Below the pieces are notes generated by a model. It was not told the origin of the DNA. It saw only the letters and a list, made by a program, of their open reading frames with translations, and made no database searches. From an archaeon (GTDB lineage: Archaea; Nanobdellota; Nanobdellia; Pacearchaeales; GW2011-AR1): a DNA stretch of 64,000 nt. Each line of letters begins with the position of its first letter. Position 1 is the stretch's first letter. Made by a program: the position numbers and the translations under genes. The stretch lies in the NCBI GenBank assembly GCA_021107855.1, contig JAIORZ010000006.1, positions 32,480 to 96,479 on the forward strand. The letters run 5' to 3'. Positions 1 through 9,298 of the stretch are shown one piece after another.

Positions 1-163
1 TCTATCTGGCTTTGCGGAAATGGAAAGAGAAATGATTAGGGAAAGGATTAAATTGGGATTAGCTAGGAGAAAGAAGCAAGGTAAAAAGCTAGGAAGACCA
101 AGGGGGTCAAAGGACAAGGGATACAGAAAGAAGGGCGGATATTATCTAAGGTATGCAAAATAA
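1..163 (+). CDS. serine recombinase (resolvase/invertase family), C-terminal part; 5' end outside window
   Basis: Manual translation of frame 2 gives LSGFAEMEREMIRERIKLGLARRKKQGKKLGRPRGSKD..., matching the resolvase helix E (FAExERExIRER...GxxLGRP). Stop TAA at 161-163. Not in the ORF track. Confidence 0.85.
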   Translation, partial: LSGFAEMEREMIRERIKLGLARRKKQGKKLGRPRGSKDKGYRKKGGYYLRYAK

Positions 164-287
164 AAACAGGTAAAATTTATACTTACGTCAATAGTCAGAA
201 TTTGATTGATTTAATGTGGTTTAAAATACACACCAATCAATAGTAATGAGAAAATTTAATTCAATCCAGTGCTTCATTTTAATTCCC

Positions 288-2228
288 CTAAAAAATATAA
301 GAAATACATCTCTCTTCAACATCTTGCCTAGTAGCGTATGAACATATATCATCATCATTTGTCATTTCGTAAACTTCATCTAAGCAGTCAACTTGAAGCT
401 CCCATTCAAAATAATCGTGATAATGTCTATAGAAACTCCCGTATCTTATGGAATTGCAAATAGCAGGGTCCTTTCTATCCTTTGCAACTGCGGTATAGCA
501 TTGTGCCTGCTCTAATACGTCATCAATTTTAGGACATGCCCTTAAATCAGCACCATATTCTCCCACTATAGAATAACACATATCCTTTGCATCATCTCCC
601 AATATTCTATCACAAAATCTCGATTCATTATTTCTAATCCCGATACCCATATAGAAAGAATCCATTATTACATTTCCCATTTCTTCTTTCATTTGCTCCA
701 TATCTTCTACCATGCTTTCAAATTCTTGCCTTGCTTCTGCCAATTCTTCGCTGCTATATTCATCATCATTCGAAATCTTCTCAAATTTTTCAGCTAATTT
801 TTCAATTTCTTTATCTATATTCTCTCCCATTGGTACGGTGGCCATACATGATTCTTCCAACTCATCATCTGATATTAATTTGCATGAACTAGAATCGTAC
901 GTGGCAGAATAATAAAAGCACTTATCTTTCATCTCTTTATCTTTCATTTTATTGCAACTATCCGAATCCCTTTCATATACACTTTCTCCCAAATAACATG
1001 CCAACAAATAATCCTCGTTTTTAAAACTAGAGCAGAACCCAAAATCATTATTATCTAATGCTATATTAAGAGAAAGAACTTCATTGTTTTCCTTATATCG
1101 AGAATCTTTGTCTTTATCATCACCGTCATTAAATCCAAAGAGTCCTTTGAACCACTGAATAATTGAGCTCAGGATTCCGTCTTCTTTACATTTATCATTA
1201 ATACAGTTATTGTCTTTAGCATCTAGAACATTACTGACCTGTGAATTTTCTTCTTTTTGATAAAGCGTAATGACGTTTTCCGTCTTCTTGTTTAAAATTT
1301 CATTTGTCTCTTCTGGTTCTACCTCCTCTTTATGGTTATTGATGGGCTCTTCCTCATCTTTATACTGATTAGTAGGAGTTCCTTTATCTTCTATTTCTCT
1401 CTCAAAATCATGGTAATAATATTTTTCTGTTAATGGAAATTCCATCCACTCGTGCTTGCCATCACCATCACCTAACGACCATATAAGATTTCTATCGCTA
1501 TCCTCTAAACTCAATCCATCGAAACGGTAAGGTCCATTTATTTCTTTATCTAGAATATCTTCCCCGCTATATCTTAGCTCTACAATGTTTATCCCCTTTT
1601 CAATATTTATCTCAAATTGGGGTTGAATATTTAAGTCCTTTAAAAATCCAGTTAATTTGTAATTCCCTTTCTCAAAAGCTTCTAATTCTACTTCAATTAC
1701 TAAGTATTCGTATAGGTCATTTTCATCTTCGTCAACTACGTAATCAGAAAAATTTCCAGTTGGAATTACAGGGGGTTTTTCAAATTCTTCGTAATAAATA
1801 TCATCGAAACTATAAAAATTTTCAAGTTTTACAAAGAATGGTTCATTATTTCCATCTTCGTGCATATTGATACCCCTAATTAAGCTCTCACCATACGAAC
1901 GGTCCATATAAATATTAATCCCACTGAATTTGAATGAAATCCTGTGTATTCCTTCTGTAAGGTACCCATTGTAGTCCACCCATCGCATCCTGTCCTCTTT
2001 TTTGGCTCCCCTTATTCTATAATCCCCTTCCTTTAAAACGTCAACATCAAATTCTACTATCAGATAATCATAGAGCCCATTATTATTTTCATCTATTTTT
2101 TGGTCAGAAAAATTTCCTAGGATAGTTATCTTCGAGGTATCATCCCAATCTTCAGCAACACCCATAGCGCATAAAAATAAAATTGCTATGAGAGATAAAA
2201 GACATGTATGTTTATTGTTAATATGCAT
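288..2228 (-). CDS. secreted acidic protein with two DxxxxxLY[DE]YL beta-sandwich repeats and C-terminal Cys-rich repeats
   Basis: Signal peptide; two repeats GNFSD..DE..N.LY.YL; many CxxI-x(6-8)-C[YF] repeats in the C-terminal half. Confidence 0.75.
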   Translation of the reverse strand: MHINNKHTCLLSLIAILFLCAMGVAEDWDDTSKITILGNFSDQKIDENNNGLYDYLIVEFDVDVLKEGDYRIRGAKKEDRMRWVDYNGYLTEGIHRISFKFSGINIYMDRSYGESLIRGINMHEDGNNEPFFVKLENFYSFDDIYYEEFEKPPVIPTGNFSDYVVDEDENDLYEYLVIEVELEAFEKGNYKLTGFLKDLNIQPQFEINIEKGINIVELRYSGEDILDKEINGPYRFDGLSLEDSDRNLIWSLGDGDGKHEWMEFPLTEKYYYHDFEREIEDKGTPTNQYKDEEEPINNHKEEVEPEETNEILNKKTENVITLYQKEENSQVSNVLDAKDNNCINDKCKEDGILSSIIQWFKGLFGFNDGDDKDKDSRYKENNEVLSLNIALDNNDFGFCSSFKNEDYLLACYLGESVYERDSDSCNKMKDKEMKDKCFYYSATYDSSSCKLISDDELEESCMATVPMGENIDKEIEKLAEKFEKISNDDEYSSEELAEARQEFESMVEDMEQMKEEMGNVIMDSFYMGIGIRNNESRFCDRILGDDAKDMCYSIVGEYGADLRACPKIDDVLEQAQCYTAVAKDRKDPAICNSIRYGSFYRHYHDYFEWELQVDCLDEVYEMTNDDDICSYATRQDVEERCISYIF

Positions 2229-2305
2229 ATTCTTTACAATAAAAAGTATTATTTAAAATTATCCAACCGATAGTAGCGAGGGAGTTTAAATATTATGATA
2301 GGTCT

Positions 2306-2380
2306 CAAATAAACTACCCCCAATAATTTGGCCAAATTTAAGGAGGGGAACTCCAAAACAAATAAAGAGTAGTTTATTTG
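2306..2380. repeat. 12-bp perfect inverted repeat enclosing a 14-bp palindrome and a small hairpin
   Basis: CAAATAAACTAC (2306-2317) / GTAGTTTATTTG (2369-2380); AATTTGGCCAAATT (2325-2338); GGAG-gggaa-CTCC (2342-2354). Confidence 0.8.
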
Positions 2381-2385
2381 CAAGG

Positions 2386-2433
2386 GAAAGCGAAAGAAAC
2401 ATAAGTATGAAGATTTCTGTATGATATAGGATG
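2386..2433 (+). repeat. 48-bp gene-leader repeat, copy 1
   Basis: 39/48 ungapped identity to 3046-3093; both copies end in ATAGGATG at a start codon. Confidence 0.8.
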
Positions 2434-3033
2434 GCAGAATTCAAAACGTGGTCAACATTTTGGTATCAAGAGGATTATGAAATTGTAGAGAAAGGCTACA
2501 AAAACAAAAACACATTTGAAGATATTGCAAAACAGCTTAACGAAAACAGAAAAAGCAAGATAACAGAAAGAGGGCAAATTTGTGCATTGCGTTCCCCTGG
2601 AGCCGTGGCGCATAGGTTGAGAATTATGGGCTTAATTAGTAGCGAAGAAGTTGAAGAGTTTTACAAAACTCACCGCAAGAAAAAAGCCCAAAAGAGGAGT
2701 AAGGGTCTAGATAAAGAAAGGAAACTTGCCTTTAATCGAGATGGAAACAAGTGTGTTATCTGTGGAGTTGAGGAAAACTTAGAATTTGCCCATGTCGTTG
2801 CATACAAAGATACAAGGACCAATAATCATAAAGAGGCGATAACTCTTTGCAAAAAACACCACAAGATGTTTGATAAAAAAGATAAGGACACAACAGTTTT
2901 TATCTTTCAAAAAATGAAAGAGTACTATCCTGAATTTGAAAATGATTATTTATTTAAGTATCAATATTTCAAAAAGTATAACATGGATAAGTGGTGCATT
3001 GTGAGGAAAGACATGATTCCAGGTAAAAAGTAG
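2431..3033 (+). CDS. HNH endonuclease with N-terminal HTH-like region
   Basis: RDGNKCVICG...LEFAHV...N...ITLCKKHHKMFD is an HNH Zn-finger signature. Confidence 0.85.
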   Translation: MAEFKTWSTFWYQEDYEIVEKGYKNKNTFEDIAKQLNENRKSKITERGQICALRSPGAVAHRLRIMGLISSEEVEEFYKTHRKKKAQKRSKGLDKERKLAFNRDGNKCVICGVEENLEFAHVVAYKDTRTNNHKEAITLCKKHHKMFDKKDKDTTVFIFQKMKEYYPEFENDYLFKYQYFKKYNMDKWCIVRKDMIPGKK

Positions 3034-3045
3034 TTTTTTTCGAAA

Positions 3046-3093
3046 GAAAGCGAAAGGAACAAAAAGATGAAGATTCCTATATACCATAGGATG
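3046..3093 (+). repeat. 48-bp gene-leader repeat, copy 2
   Basis: Matches 2386-2433 at an offset of 660 bp. Confidence 0.8.
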
Positions 3094-3852
3094 ACGAAAC
3101 AAAAAGTAAAGTTCAAATGTATCTCTTGTGGAAAATGTTGCCAAACTTTCAGGGACCAAGAAGCCAAAAGCAACGGATTACCCTTGCGCGAGTGGGAACT
3201 TGCAAAATTCAAGGAACTTGCAAAAAAACATAATGTCAAAATAAACATACAGCCAATTGATATTGCTCTTGAAAAAAGAAGTGGCTTATATTTCTGTGTA
3301 GATTTTAAGCAAATAATAGAACCCTGTCCCTTTTTGGATAAAAACAAGAGATGTTTAATCTATAGTGAACGACCTCTCACTTGCAGAATGTATCCTTTGG
3401 CTCAAAACCCCATAGTGTTCCCAAATATTGACCTCTCTCATTTTGGAGATTGTCCCGGCCTTGATGCAAAAGAATTCATAATTAAAAATCTCAAATTTAA
3501 AGAAGGGAAAGAAAATAAAACAAATAAGCAGTTTGCAGCAAAGGAATTTTTAGAAGCCTTCGGAGAGGATGCCTTTGTAAGTTCGTTAATTGTTAGCTGG
3601 CATCAGGCATTCGTGAAAAAGGCTATGGAGAACATTGTTCAAGATAAAAGTTTTAAATTAAGAAAAGTTTCTAAGTATGATTACCCCAAAATCACACCTT
3701 TGACATTTTTCGATTTTCTTATTAGAAAAGGATATATGGAAGAGGATTCTAAGGAAAAAATGATTGAAGGAACGCTTGGGTATGAAAGAAATAAAGAGAT
3801 GACTTACTCTATAATTAATGGCGAACCTGGAGATAAAAAAGTTGTCATTTAG
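3091..3852 (+). CDS. YkgJ-family cysteine cluster (CxxCxxCC) protein
   Basis: FKCISCGKCC...CPFL....CLIY..RP..CR.YP. Start moved from 3067 to 3091 by analogy with the leader repeat. Confidence 0.85.
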   Translation: MTKQKVKFKCISCGKCCQTFRDQEAKSNGLPLREWELAKFKELAKKHNVKINIQPIDIALEKRSGLYFCVDFKQIIEPCPFLDKNKRCLIYSERPLTCRMYPLAQNPIVFPNIDLSHFGDCPGLDAKEFIIKNLKFKEGKENKTNKQFAAKEFLEAFGEDAFVSSLIVSWHQAFVKKAMENIVQDKSFKLRKVSKYDYPKITPLTFFDFLIRKGYMEEDSKEKMIEGTLGYERNKEMTYSIINGEPGDKKVVI

Positions 3853-4006
3853 AAGAAATATCCTAGTGCAATTTATTGTAATAAATAATCAACACCTTTA
3901 ACCCAAAATAAATTCAAAATAATTACACAGTAAGAATGTTTATAAGGAAGTTTCCTCATTAACATGTATCCAATATAGTTGGTTCAGATTGAGAGTCAAA
4001 CTATTC

Positions 4007-4026
4007 TTCAAATCCTGCCGAGAGCG
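4007..4026 (+). other. orphan tRNA 3' end, putative att site (tRNA-Asp-like)
   Basis: TTCAAAT-CCTGC-CGAGAGC-G reads as T-loop, 3' T-stem, 3' acceptor strand and discriminator. No matching 5' half immediately upstream. Asp identity is inferred. Confidence 0.7.
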
Positions 4027-4028
4027 TA

Positions 4029-4040
4029 AACCTTATAAAA
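4029..4040 (+). promoter_or_regulatory. BRE/TATA box of 5S rRNA
   Basis: AACCTTATAAAA about 25 nt upstream of the 5S 5' end. Confidence 0.6.
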
Positions 4041-4060
4041 GGATATTTTCTAGAATTGTT

Positions 4061-4167
4061 AGACGGCCATAGTATCTTGGTTACACCCGATCCCGTTCCG
4101 AACTCGGAAGTTAAGCTTGATGCGTTCGTGTTTGTACTGTCTTTGATGGGAAGGCGCGAAGCTGTCT
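4061..4167 (+). rRNA. rrf: 5S ribosomal RNA
   Basis: GGCCATAG...ACACCCGATCCCGTTCCGAACTCGGAAGTTAAGC core; terminal helix AGACGGC/GCTGTCT. Confidence 0.93.
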
Positions 4168-4197
4168 GTTTATTTTTTTAGAAGAGTTGTAGTTAAT

Positions 4198-4395
4198 TTA
4201 GAATTTTTTGAACTTGTTAACTAATTTCAATGTGTCTGTCTGTCCTAGAATTTGGGCTCGGCAGCAGTATCTTTTGATTCCTAGTTTGTCGAGGGCTTCT
4301 TTTTGTGTCATGCCTTCTTCGACTAGGGCTTTGTATTGTGTGTAGAGGTGCGCTATCGGTTTTCCGCAACTGAAGCATCTTATTGGGATTATCAT
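4198..4395 (-). CDS. rpoN: DNA-directed RNA polymerase subunit N (Rpo10)
   Basis: MIIPIRCFSCGK...RYCCR signature. Confidence 0.97.
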   Translation of the reverse strand: MIIPIRCFSCGKPIAHLYTQYKALVEEGMTQKEALDKLGIKRYCCRAQILGQTDTLKLVNKFKKF

Positions 4396-4415
4396 AATTA
4401 GTTAGTGAAATTTTG

Positions 4416-4447
4416 GTTTATAAAACTTACGACGAAGTTTTCTAAAC
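4416..4447. promoter_or_regulatory. inverted repeat over the rpoN TATA box in a divergent promoter region
   Basis: GTTTA-t-AAAACTT-acgacg-AAGTTTT-c-TAAAC, containing TTTATAAA. Confidence 0.5.
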
Positions 4448-4535
4448 GAATTTTGTTCTGGTTTACCCAGTAGGTATCCCTGGTGGATATGAAACTCATA
4501 GCTAAATTTATATATCTCGATTGTCTTTTTTGGGG

Positions 4536-5279
4536 ATGGATAAGAGGAAAGAGTTGATTCGGTTGCGAAACGTGGCGAAGTTTTATGAGATGGGGGATAG
4601 CGTGGTGAAGGCTTTGAATGGGGTGAACCTTAAGGTTTTTGAGGGAGAATTTATTGCGATTATGGGACCGTCTGGTTCGGGGAAGTCGACTGCTATGAAT
4701 TTGGTTGGGAGCCTTGATGTTCCGACTAAGGGAACTATTTATTTGGATGGGGAAGATATTTCGACTTTGGAGGAAAGTGATTTGGCGCAAATTAGAGGGA
4801 AAAAAATTGGGTTTATTTTTCAGTCGTTTAATTTGATTGCGAATTTGACTGTGAAGGAAAATGTTATGTTGCCGATGACGTTTCAGGGAATGGATATTGA
4901 AGAGCGGGCGGATAAGGCGGAGGAGCTTTTGAAGTTGGTTGACTTGGGGGAGAGAATGGATCATTATCCTGGTGAGATTTCGGGGGGACAGATGCAGAGA
5001 GTTGCTATTGCTAGGAGTTTGGCTAATGACCCCGAGGTTATTTTGGCGGATGAGCCTACTGGGAATTTGGATACGAAAACTGGGACGATTGTGATGGAAT
5101 TTTTGGAGAGGATGAATAAGGAGGGGAAGACGATTATTGTGGTGACGCATGACGCGGATTTGGCGCGGAAGTATGCGGATGTTGTTTATTGGTTGTTGGA
5201 TGGGGAATTGGATAGGGTGACAGGGAAGGGTGGGAAGAGTTTGTTTAAGAATGGGAAGAAGAAAAGGAAGGGGAAGTAA
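4536..5279 (+). CDS. ABC transporter ATP-binding protein (LolD/MacB-like)
   Basis: Walker A GPSGSGKST, signature ISGGQMQR, Walker B ILADEPTGNLD. ATG at 4536 preferred to TTG at 4521. Confidence 0.95.
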   Translation: MDKRKELIRLRNVAKFYEMGDSVVKALNGVNLKVFEGEFIAIMGPSGSGKSTAMNLVGSLDVPTKGTIYLDGEDISTLEESDLAQIRGKKIGFIFQSFNLIANLTVKENVMLPMTFQGMDIEERADKAEELLKLVDLGERMDHYPGEISGGQMQRVAIARSLANDPEVILADEPTGNLDTKTGTIVMEFLERMNKEGKTIIVVTHDADLARKYADVVYWLLDGELDRVTGKGGKSLFKNGKKKRKGK

Positions 5280-6494
5280 ATGAAAGATTATTTTAATTTA
5301 GCGTTGAATAACTTGAGGCATCGGGGGATTCGTTCGTGGTTGACTTTGCTTGGGATTTTTATTGGGGTGATGGCGGTTGTTTCGTTGATTTCTCTTGGGA
5401 CGGGCTTGAAGATGGCGGTTGGGGCGCAGTTTGGAATTAGTAGTACTGAGGTGATTACTGTGCAGGCAGGAGGGATTAGTGCTGCTGGACCGCCTGGGAC
5501 TGGGGTTACAAATAAGTTGACGAGGGATGATGCTGAAGCTATTGAGAAGATATCTAGTGTTGATGTTGCAATTCCCAGGATGATGCCAACGGGGAAAATG
5601 GAATTTAATGATGTGGTTGGGTTTGGTATGGCAATGTCTGTCCCCGATGGTGAAGAGAGAAAGGTTGTTTATGAGATGGTGGATGTCGAAGCTATTGCTG
5701 GACGTATGCTTAAGGATGGCGATACCAATAAAGTTGTTTTGGGTTGGAATTTTTATAATAGTGATGATGCTTTTGGGGAAAAGATTGTTCCAGGGAAAAC
5801 CGTCTTGATTCAAGATGAAAGATTTACTGTTGCTGGAATTTTGAAAAAGAAGGGGAGTTTTCTTTTTGACAATATGGTTTTAATGAATGAAGATGTGCTT
5901 GCTGATTTATTTGACTACGAAGAGGATGTTGATTTGATTGCAGTGAAAGTTAAAAATAAGGATTTGATGGAGCGAGCGAAAGAAGATATTGAAAAGTTGA
6001 TGAGACAGAGACGAGACGTTGATATTGGGAAAGAAGATTTTTCGGTTTCGACGCCGGATGCGATGCTCGATACTGTGAACAGTGTTCTTGGGGGGGTCCA
6101 GGCTTTTATTGTTATTATTGCCTCGATTTCGATTTTGGTTGGAGCTGTTGGGATTGTTAATACTATGACGACCTCGGTCTTGGAGAGGAGGAAGGAGATT
6201 GGGATTATGAAGGCGATTGGAGCTCGGAACTCTCAGATTTTTATGCAATTTTTGATTGAATCTGGACTTCTTGGGCTTGTTGGTGGTTTGGTTGGTGTTG
6301 TGTTTGGTGTTTTGGTTGGTGTTCTTGGTGTTTTGGCAATTAATAGTTGGATTGGTGGGGAGGTTGCTCCGTCGATTGATTTTGTGTTAGTTGGTGGAGC
6401 TTTGGTTGGTAGCTTTTTGATTGGTGCTATCGCGGGGATTGTTCCGGCTCTGAATGCTGCTAAAGAAAATCCGGTGGAGGCTTTGCGAGGATGA
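5280..6494 (+). CDS. ABC permease, MacB/FtsX family
   Basis: RSWLTLLGIFIGV, large extracellular loop, SVLERRKEIGIMKAIGA, PVEALR. Confidence 0.95.
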   Translation: MKDYFNLALNNLRHRGIRSWLTLLGIFIGVMAVVSLISLGTGLKMAVGAQFGISSTEVITVQAGGISAAGPPGTGVTNKLTRDDAEAIEKISSVDVAIPRMMPTGKMEFNDVVGFGMAMSVPDGEERKVVYEMVDVEAIAGRMLKDGDTNKVVLGWNFYNSDDAFGEKIVPGKTVLIQDERFTVAGILKKKGSFLFDNMVLMNEDVLADLFDYEEDVDLIAVKVKNKDLMERAKEDIEKLMRQRRDVDIGKEDFSVSTPDAMLDTVNSVLGGVQAFIVIIASISILVGAVGIVNTMTTSVLERRKEIGIMKAIGARNSQIFMQFLIESGLLGLVGGLVGVVFGVLVGVLGVLAINSWIGGEVAPSIDFVLVGGALVGSFLIGAIAGIVPALNAAKENPVEALRG

Positions 6495-7702
6495 TAGGAA
6501 TTGAGAGTGTTCGGTATGCTTTGAGAAATATTTTGCATCGGAAGGGTCGGAGTTTTCTGACGGTGTTGTCGATTTTTTTGGGGATTGCTACGATTTTTAT
6601 TTTTGTTAGTTTTGGGCTTGGGCTTTATGGTTATATGAATGATTTGTTGGAGGGTGGGAGTGGAGATAAAGTTATGGTTACAGCGAAAGGTAGTGGGGGT
6701 GTTCCTGGACTTGATTCTGCATTTGCCTTGACAGATAAAGATGTTCGGGTTGTAGAGAGAGCTGGTGGGGTTTATGAATCGACTGGGGTTTATATGAAGA
6801 TTGCGATGGTCGAATCTCGGGACGAACAGAAATATGTATTTTTGATGGGGTATGACCCGAAAGTGCCGATTGTTATGGATATTGGAGACGTGGATATCGC
6901 TGAGGGTCGAGAGCTACGAACAACTGATACGAACAAGGTGACGCTTGGTTATAATTATATGATTGATGACAAGATTTTTTCTAGAGGTTTGAAACTTAAT
7001 GATAAGGTTGAAATTCAGGAACGAGAGATGCAGATTGTTGGGTTTTATGAGGCTATTGGGAACCCTGGTGACGATGCTAATATTTATGTTGTAAATGATG
7101 CGGTCGCTGAAATCTATCCCAACGATACAGATTCTTATGGCTGGATTGTGGCTCGAGTTGATACTGATAATGTTGATTGGGCGGTGGATAATATTGAACG
7201 GGGACTTCGGCAGTCTCGAGACCTTGAGAAGGGGAAAGAGGATTTCAGCGTTGATAGTTTTGCTGATATGATTGAAAGTTATGCTGGTGCGATGAATATT
7301 ATTGTTGGGTTTATTGTTTTGATTGCGTTGATTTCTGTTTTTGTGAGTGCGGTTAACACGGCGAATACGATGATTACGTCGGTGATTGAGAGGACGAAGG
7401 AGATTGGTGTAATTAAGTCAATTGGTGGAACGAATGGCGAGGTGTTTGGGATTTTTCTTTTTGAGGCTGGGTTCTTGGGGCTTGTTGCTGGGGTAATTGG
7501 AGTTTTGTTGGGGTGGGGAGCGTCTTACACTGGAGGTGTTGTTTTAGATAATCTTGGTTGGGGTTTTTTGGCGCCGGTGTTTCCTAGTTATTTGTTTGTG
7601 AGTTTGATTGCATTTGCGGTTCTGACTGGTGCTATTAGTGGAGCGATTCCGGCATGGAATGCGAGTAAGACGAATATTGTGGATGCATTGAGGCATGAGT
7701 AG
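6491..7702 (+). CDS. ABC permease, MacB/FtsX family (paralog)
   Basis: RSFLTVLSIFLGI, SVIERTKEIGVIKSIG, IVDALR. Confidence 0.95.
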   Translation: MIGIESVRYALRNILHRKGRSFLTVLSIFLGIATIFIFVSFGLGLYGYMNDLLEGGSGDKVMVTAKGSGGVPGLDSAFALTDKDVRVVERAGGVYESTGVYMKIAMVESRDEQKYVFLMGYDPKVPIVMDIGDVDIAEGRELRTTDTNKVTLGYNYMIDDKIFSRGLKLNDKVEIQEREMQIVGFYEAIGNPGDDANIYVVNDAVAEIYPNDTDSYGWIVARVDTDNVDWAVDNIERGLRQSRDLEKGKEDFSVDSFADMIESYAGAMNIIVGFIVLIALISVFVSAVNTANTMITSVIERTKEIGVIKSIGGTNGEVFGIFLFEAGFLGLVAGVIGVLLGWGASYTGGVVLDNLGWGFLAPVFPSYLFVSLIAFAVLTGAISGAIPAWNASKTNIVDALRHE

Positions 7703-7713
7703 ATAAGATAGAA

Positions 7714-8556
7714 TTATTTTTTCTTATTCTTTTGGGACTTCTTTCTTTTTCTATAAATCCAGTATCCTACTATTACGACGACGACCGCATAGAATGCGTA
7801 AGTTCCCATTCCTGTTGTTTTTTGGTCGGCTTTTCTTTCTGTGAAATATGATGAATCAAATGTTACTGTTTTTTCTACCGTTCGCCTTGTGTTGATTGTG
7901 TCGGAATATATTAGGTTTACTTTGAATTCTCCGTCGGATAAAATTGCTTCAAAATCTGCTGAGGTATATTCGTTTGAGTCTAGGTCTCCGACTACTACTC
8001 GATTTGAACCCTTAATGTTGATTGCATTTTGTTTTGGGATTTCTATTGTTAGTGCTTCTATATCGGATTCTTCAATATTTAGAACTTCGAGTGTGATTTC
8101 GTTTGTTGTGTAGCTGTAATCTTTTACGTAGATTTCGAATTCGGCTCGGACGTCGTCTATTTCTATGTTGAAAGTTTTTGTGATTGGTGCGTCGTGTTTG
8201 GATTGTACTCGGACTTCTATTGGATTTGCACCGTCAAGTGCGTCTTTATTTATTCTGACTTCGTATGGTATTAACAAATTTGATTCGTAATCTTTTATGT
8301 AGTCTACTTTGCTGAAGATTCGGATTCCTGATTCGCCTGGGTTGAATTCTATTGGGTAGTCCGCTAGTAGGTTGAACGTTATGTCGTCGCAGTCTGGGGA
8401 ATCGATTCCTTTTACTTGGAATACTAGTTTGACGTAATCGCCTGGTACTGCTGGGTATGGGTCTTGGTTTAGAAGTGTTGTATTTAAATTACATGCTGCT
8501 GAGGTTAGCCCTATTGATAATAATAGTAGCACGATTAATGTCACGTCTTTTTTCAT
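7714..8556 (-). CDS. COG1361-like S-layer-domain membrane-anchored protein
   Basis: Signal peptide, QDPYPAVPGDYV, VGDL, C-terminal TM helix with basic tail. This family commonly lies beside MacB-type ABC genes in archaea. Confidence 0.75.
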   Translation of the reverse strand: MKKDVTLIVLLLLSIGLTSAACNLNTTLLNQDPYPAVPGDYVKLVFQVKGIDSPDCDDITFNLLADYPIEFNPGESGIRIFSKVDYIKDYESNLLIPYEVRINKDALDGANPIEVRVQSKHDAPITKTFNIEIDDVRAEFEIYVKDYSYTTNEITLEVLNIEESDIEALTIEIPKQNAINIKGSNRVVVGDLDSNEYTSADFEAILSDGEFKVNLIYSDTINTRRTVEKTVTFDSSYFTERKADQKTTGMGTYAFYAVVVVIVGYWIYRKRKKSQKNKKK

Positions 8557-8660
8557 GTCATTAGTAACGTTATTTTCTTTTTAAGTTTTGTCATCTTGTT
8601 GGGATGGTTGTAATTTATCTCACAAAAATTTAAAAAGAGATGTGGGTAAGTTTGGTTTAG

Positions 8661-8945
8661 GTGATAATGGCAAAAAAGTGTGTTTATTGTTCTGTGGATG
8701 TTGCGGACGAATGTGTCGTCGATATGTGTGAGCGTTGCATGTATGGGGTTTGGGGAGAGAAGTTGGCGAAGACGATTATTGAGAATATGGAAAGGGAGAG
8801 GGATGTTGGGAATTTGGAGTTAGGGCAGGTTGGGGAGATTGAGGAAGCGGTGGAAGAGGTTAAATGTCCTGTTGCTGAAGAGGTTTGTGCGGAGGAGTTG
8901 GTGATGGATAAGATTCCTCAGAAATTTGGGATTGGGGATTGTTAA
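8661..8945 (+). CDS. small hypothetical Zn-finger protein
   Basis: CVYC...CERC, upstream TATA-like TTTAAAA, host-like codon bias. Confidence 0.65.
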   Translation: MIMAKKCVYCSVDVADECVVDMCERCMYGVWGEKLAKTIIENMERERDVGNLELGQVGEIEEAVEEVKCPVAEEVCAEELVMDKIPQKFGIGDC

Positions 8946-9043
8946 TTTTTGGTAGGAAAGATTTTTAAATGGAATTTTTCTTGGTTTGATAGGATAGAGA
9001 TGTCCGAGTGTACAGCGCTGAAGAGTTCTGTAATTTTAAGACG

Positions 9044-9298
9044 ATGGCAAGACGAGGAAAGAAGATTAGGGAGAAGGGAAAGTTGAAGCTTAGTTCTTAC
9101 TTTAAAAATATTGACGACGGTGCGCGTGTTGCTGTTGTTGACGAGAGGGGAGTTCGTATGAGTTTTCCGCCTAGGCTTCGGGGAATGAGTGGGAAGGTTA
9201 AGTGTAGTCGTGGGAAGTTTAAGGAAGTTGAAATTAAAGACGGGGACAAGTTGAAGACTTTTGTTATTCATCCTGTTCATTTGAAGGTGTTGGCATGA
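9044..9298 (+). CDS. rpl21e: 50S ribosomal protein L21e
   Basis: REKGK...P.R..G.SG.V...IKDGDKLKTFVIHPVHLK; directly upstream of rpoF. Start set at ATG 9044. Confidence 0.92.
   Translation: MARRGKKIREKGKLKLSSYFKNIDDGARVAVVDERGVRMSFPPRLRGMSGKVKCSRGKFKEVEIKDGDKLKTFVIHPVHLKVLA

Larger units (their letters stand above)
1..4026. mobile_element. right end of a tRNA-integrated genomic island
   Basis: Recombinase, HNH and accessory cargo. Lacks the strong G+T plus-strand bias seen from about 4.1 kb onward. Ends at an orphan tRNA 3' fragment. Confidence 0.7.

Noticed and set aside
139-2313. Weak similarity between the recombinase 3' end (TATTATCTAAGGTATGCAAAATAAA) and 2291-2313 (TATTATGATAGGTCTCAAATAAA) as a target duplication
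   Set aside because: Short, gapped and AT-rich; cannot be distinguished from chance by eye.
3960-4026. Complete tRNA gene
   Set aside because: Only the T-loop and 3' strands are present; upstream sequence cannot form the acceptor, D or anticodon arms.
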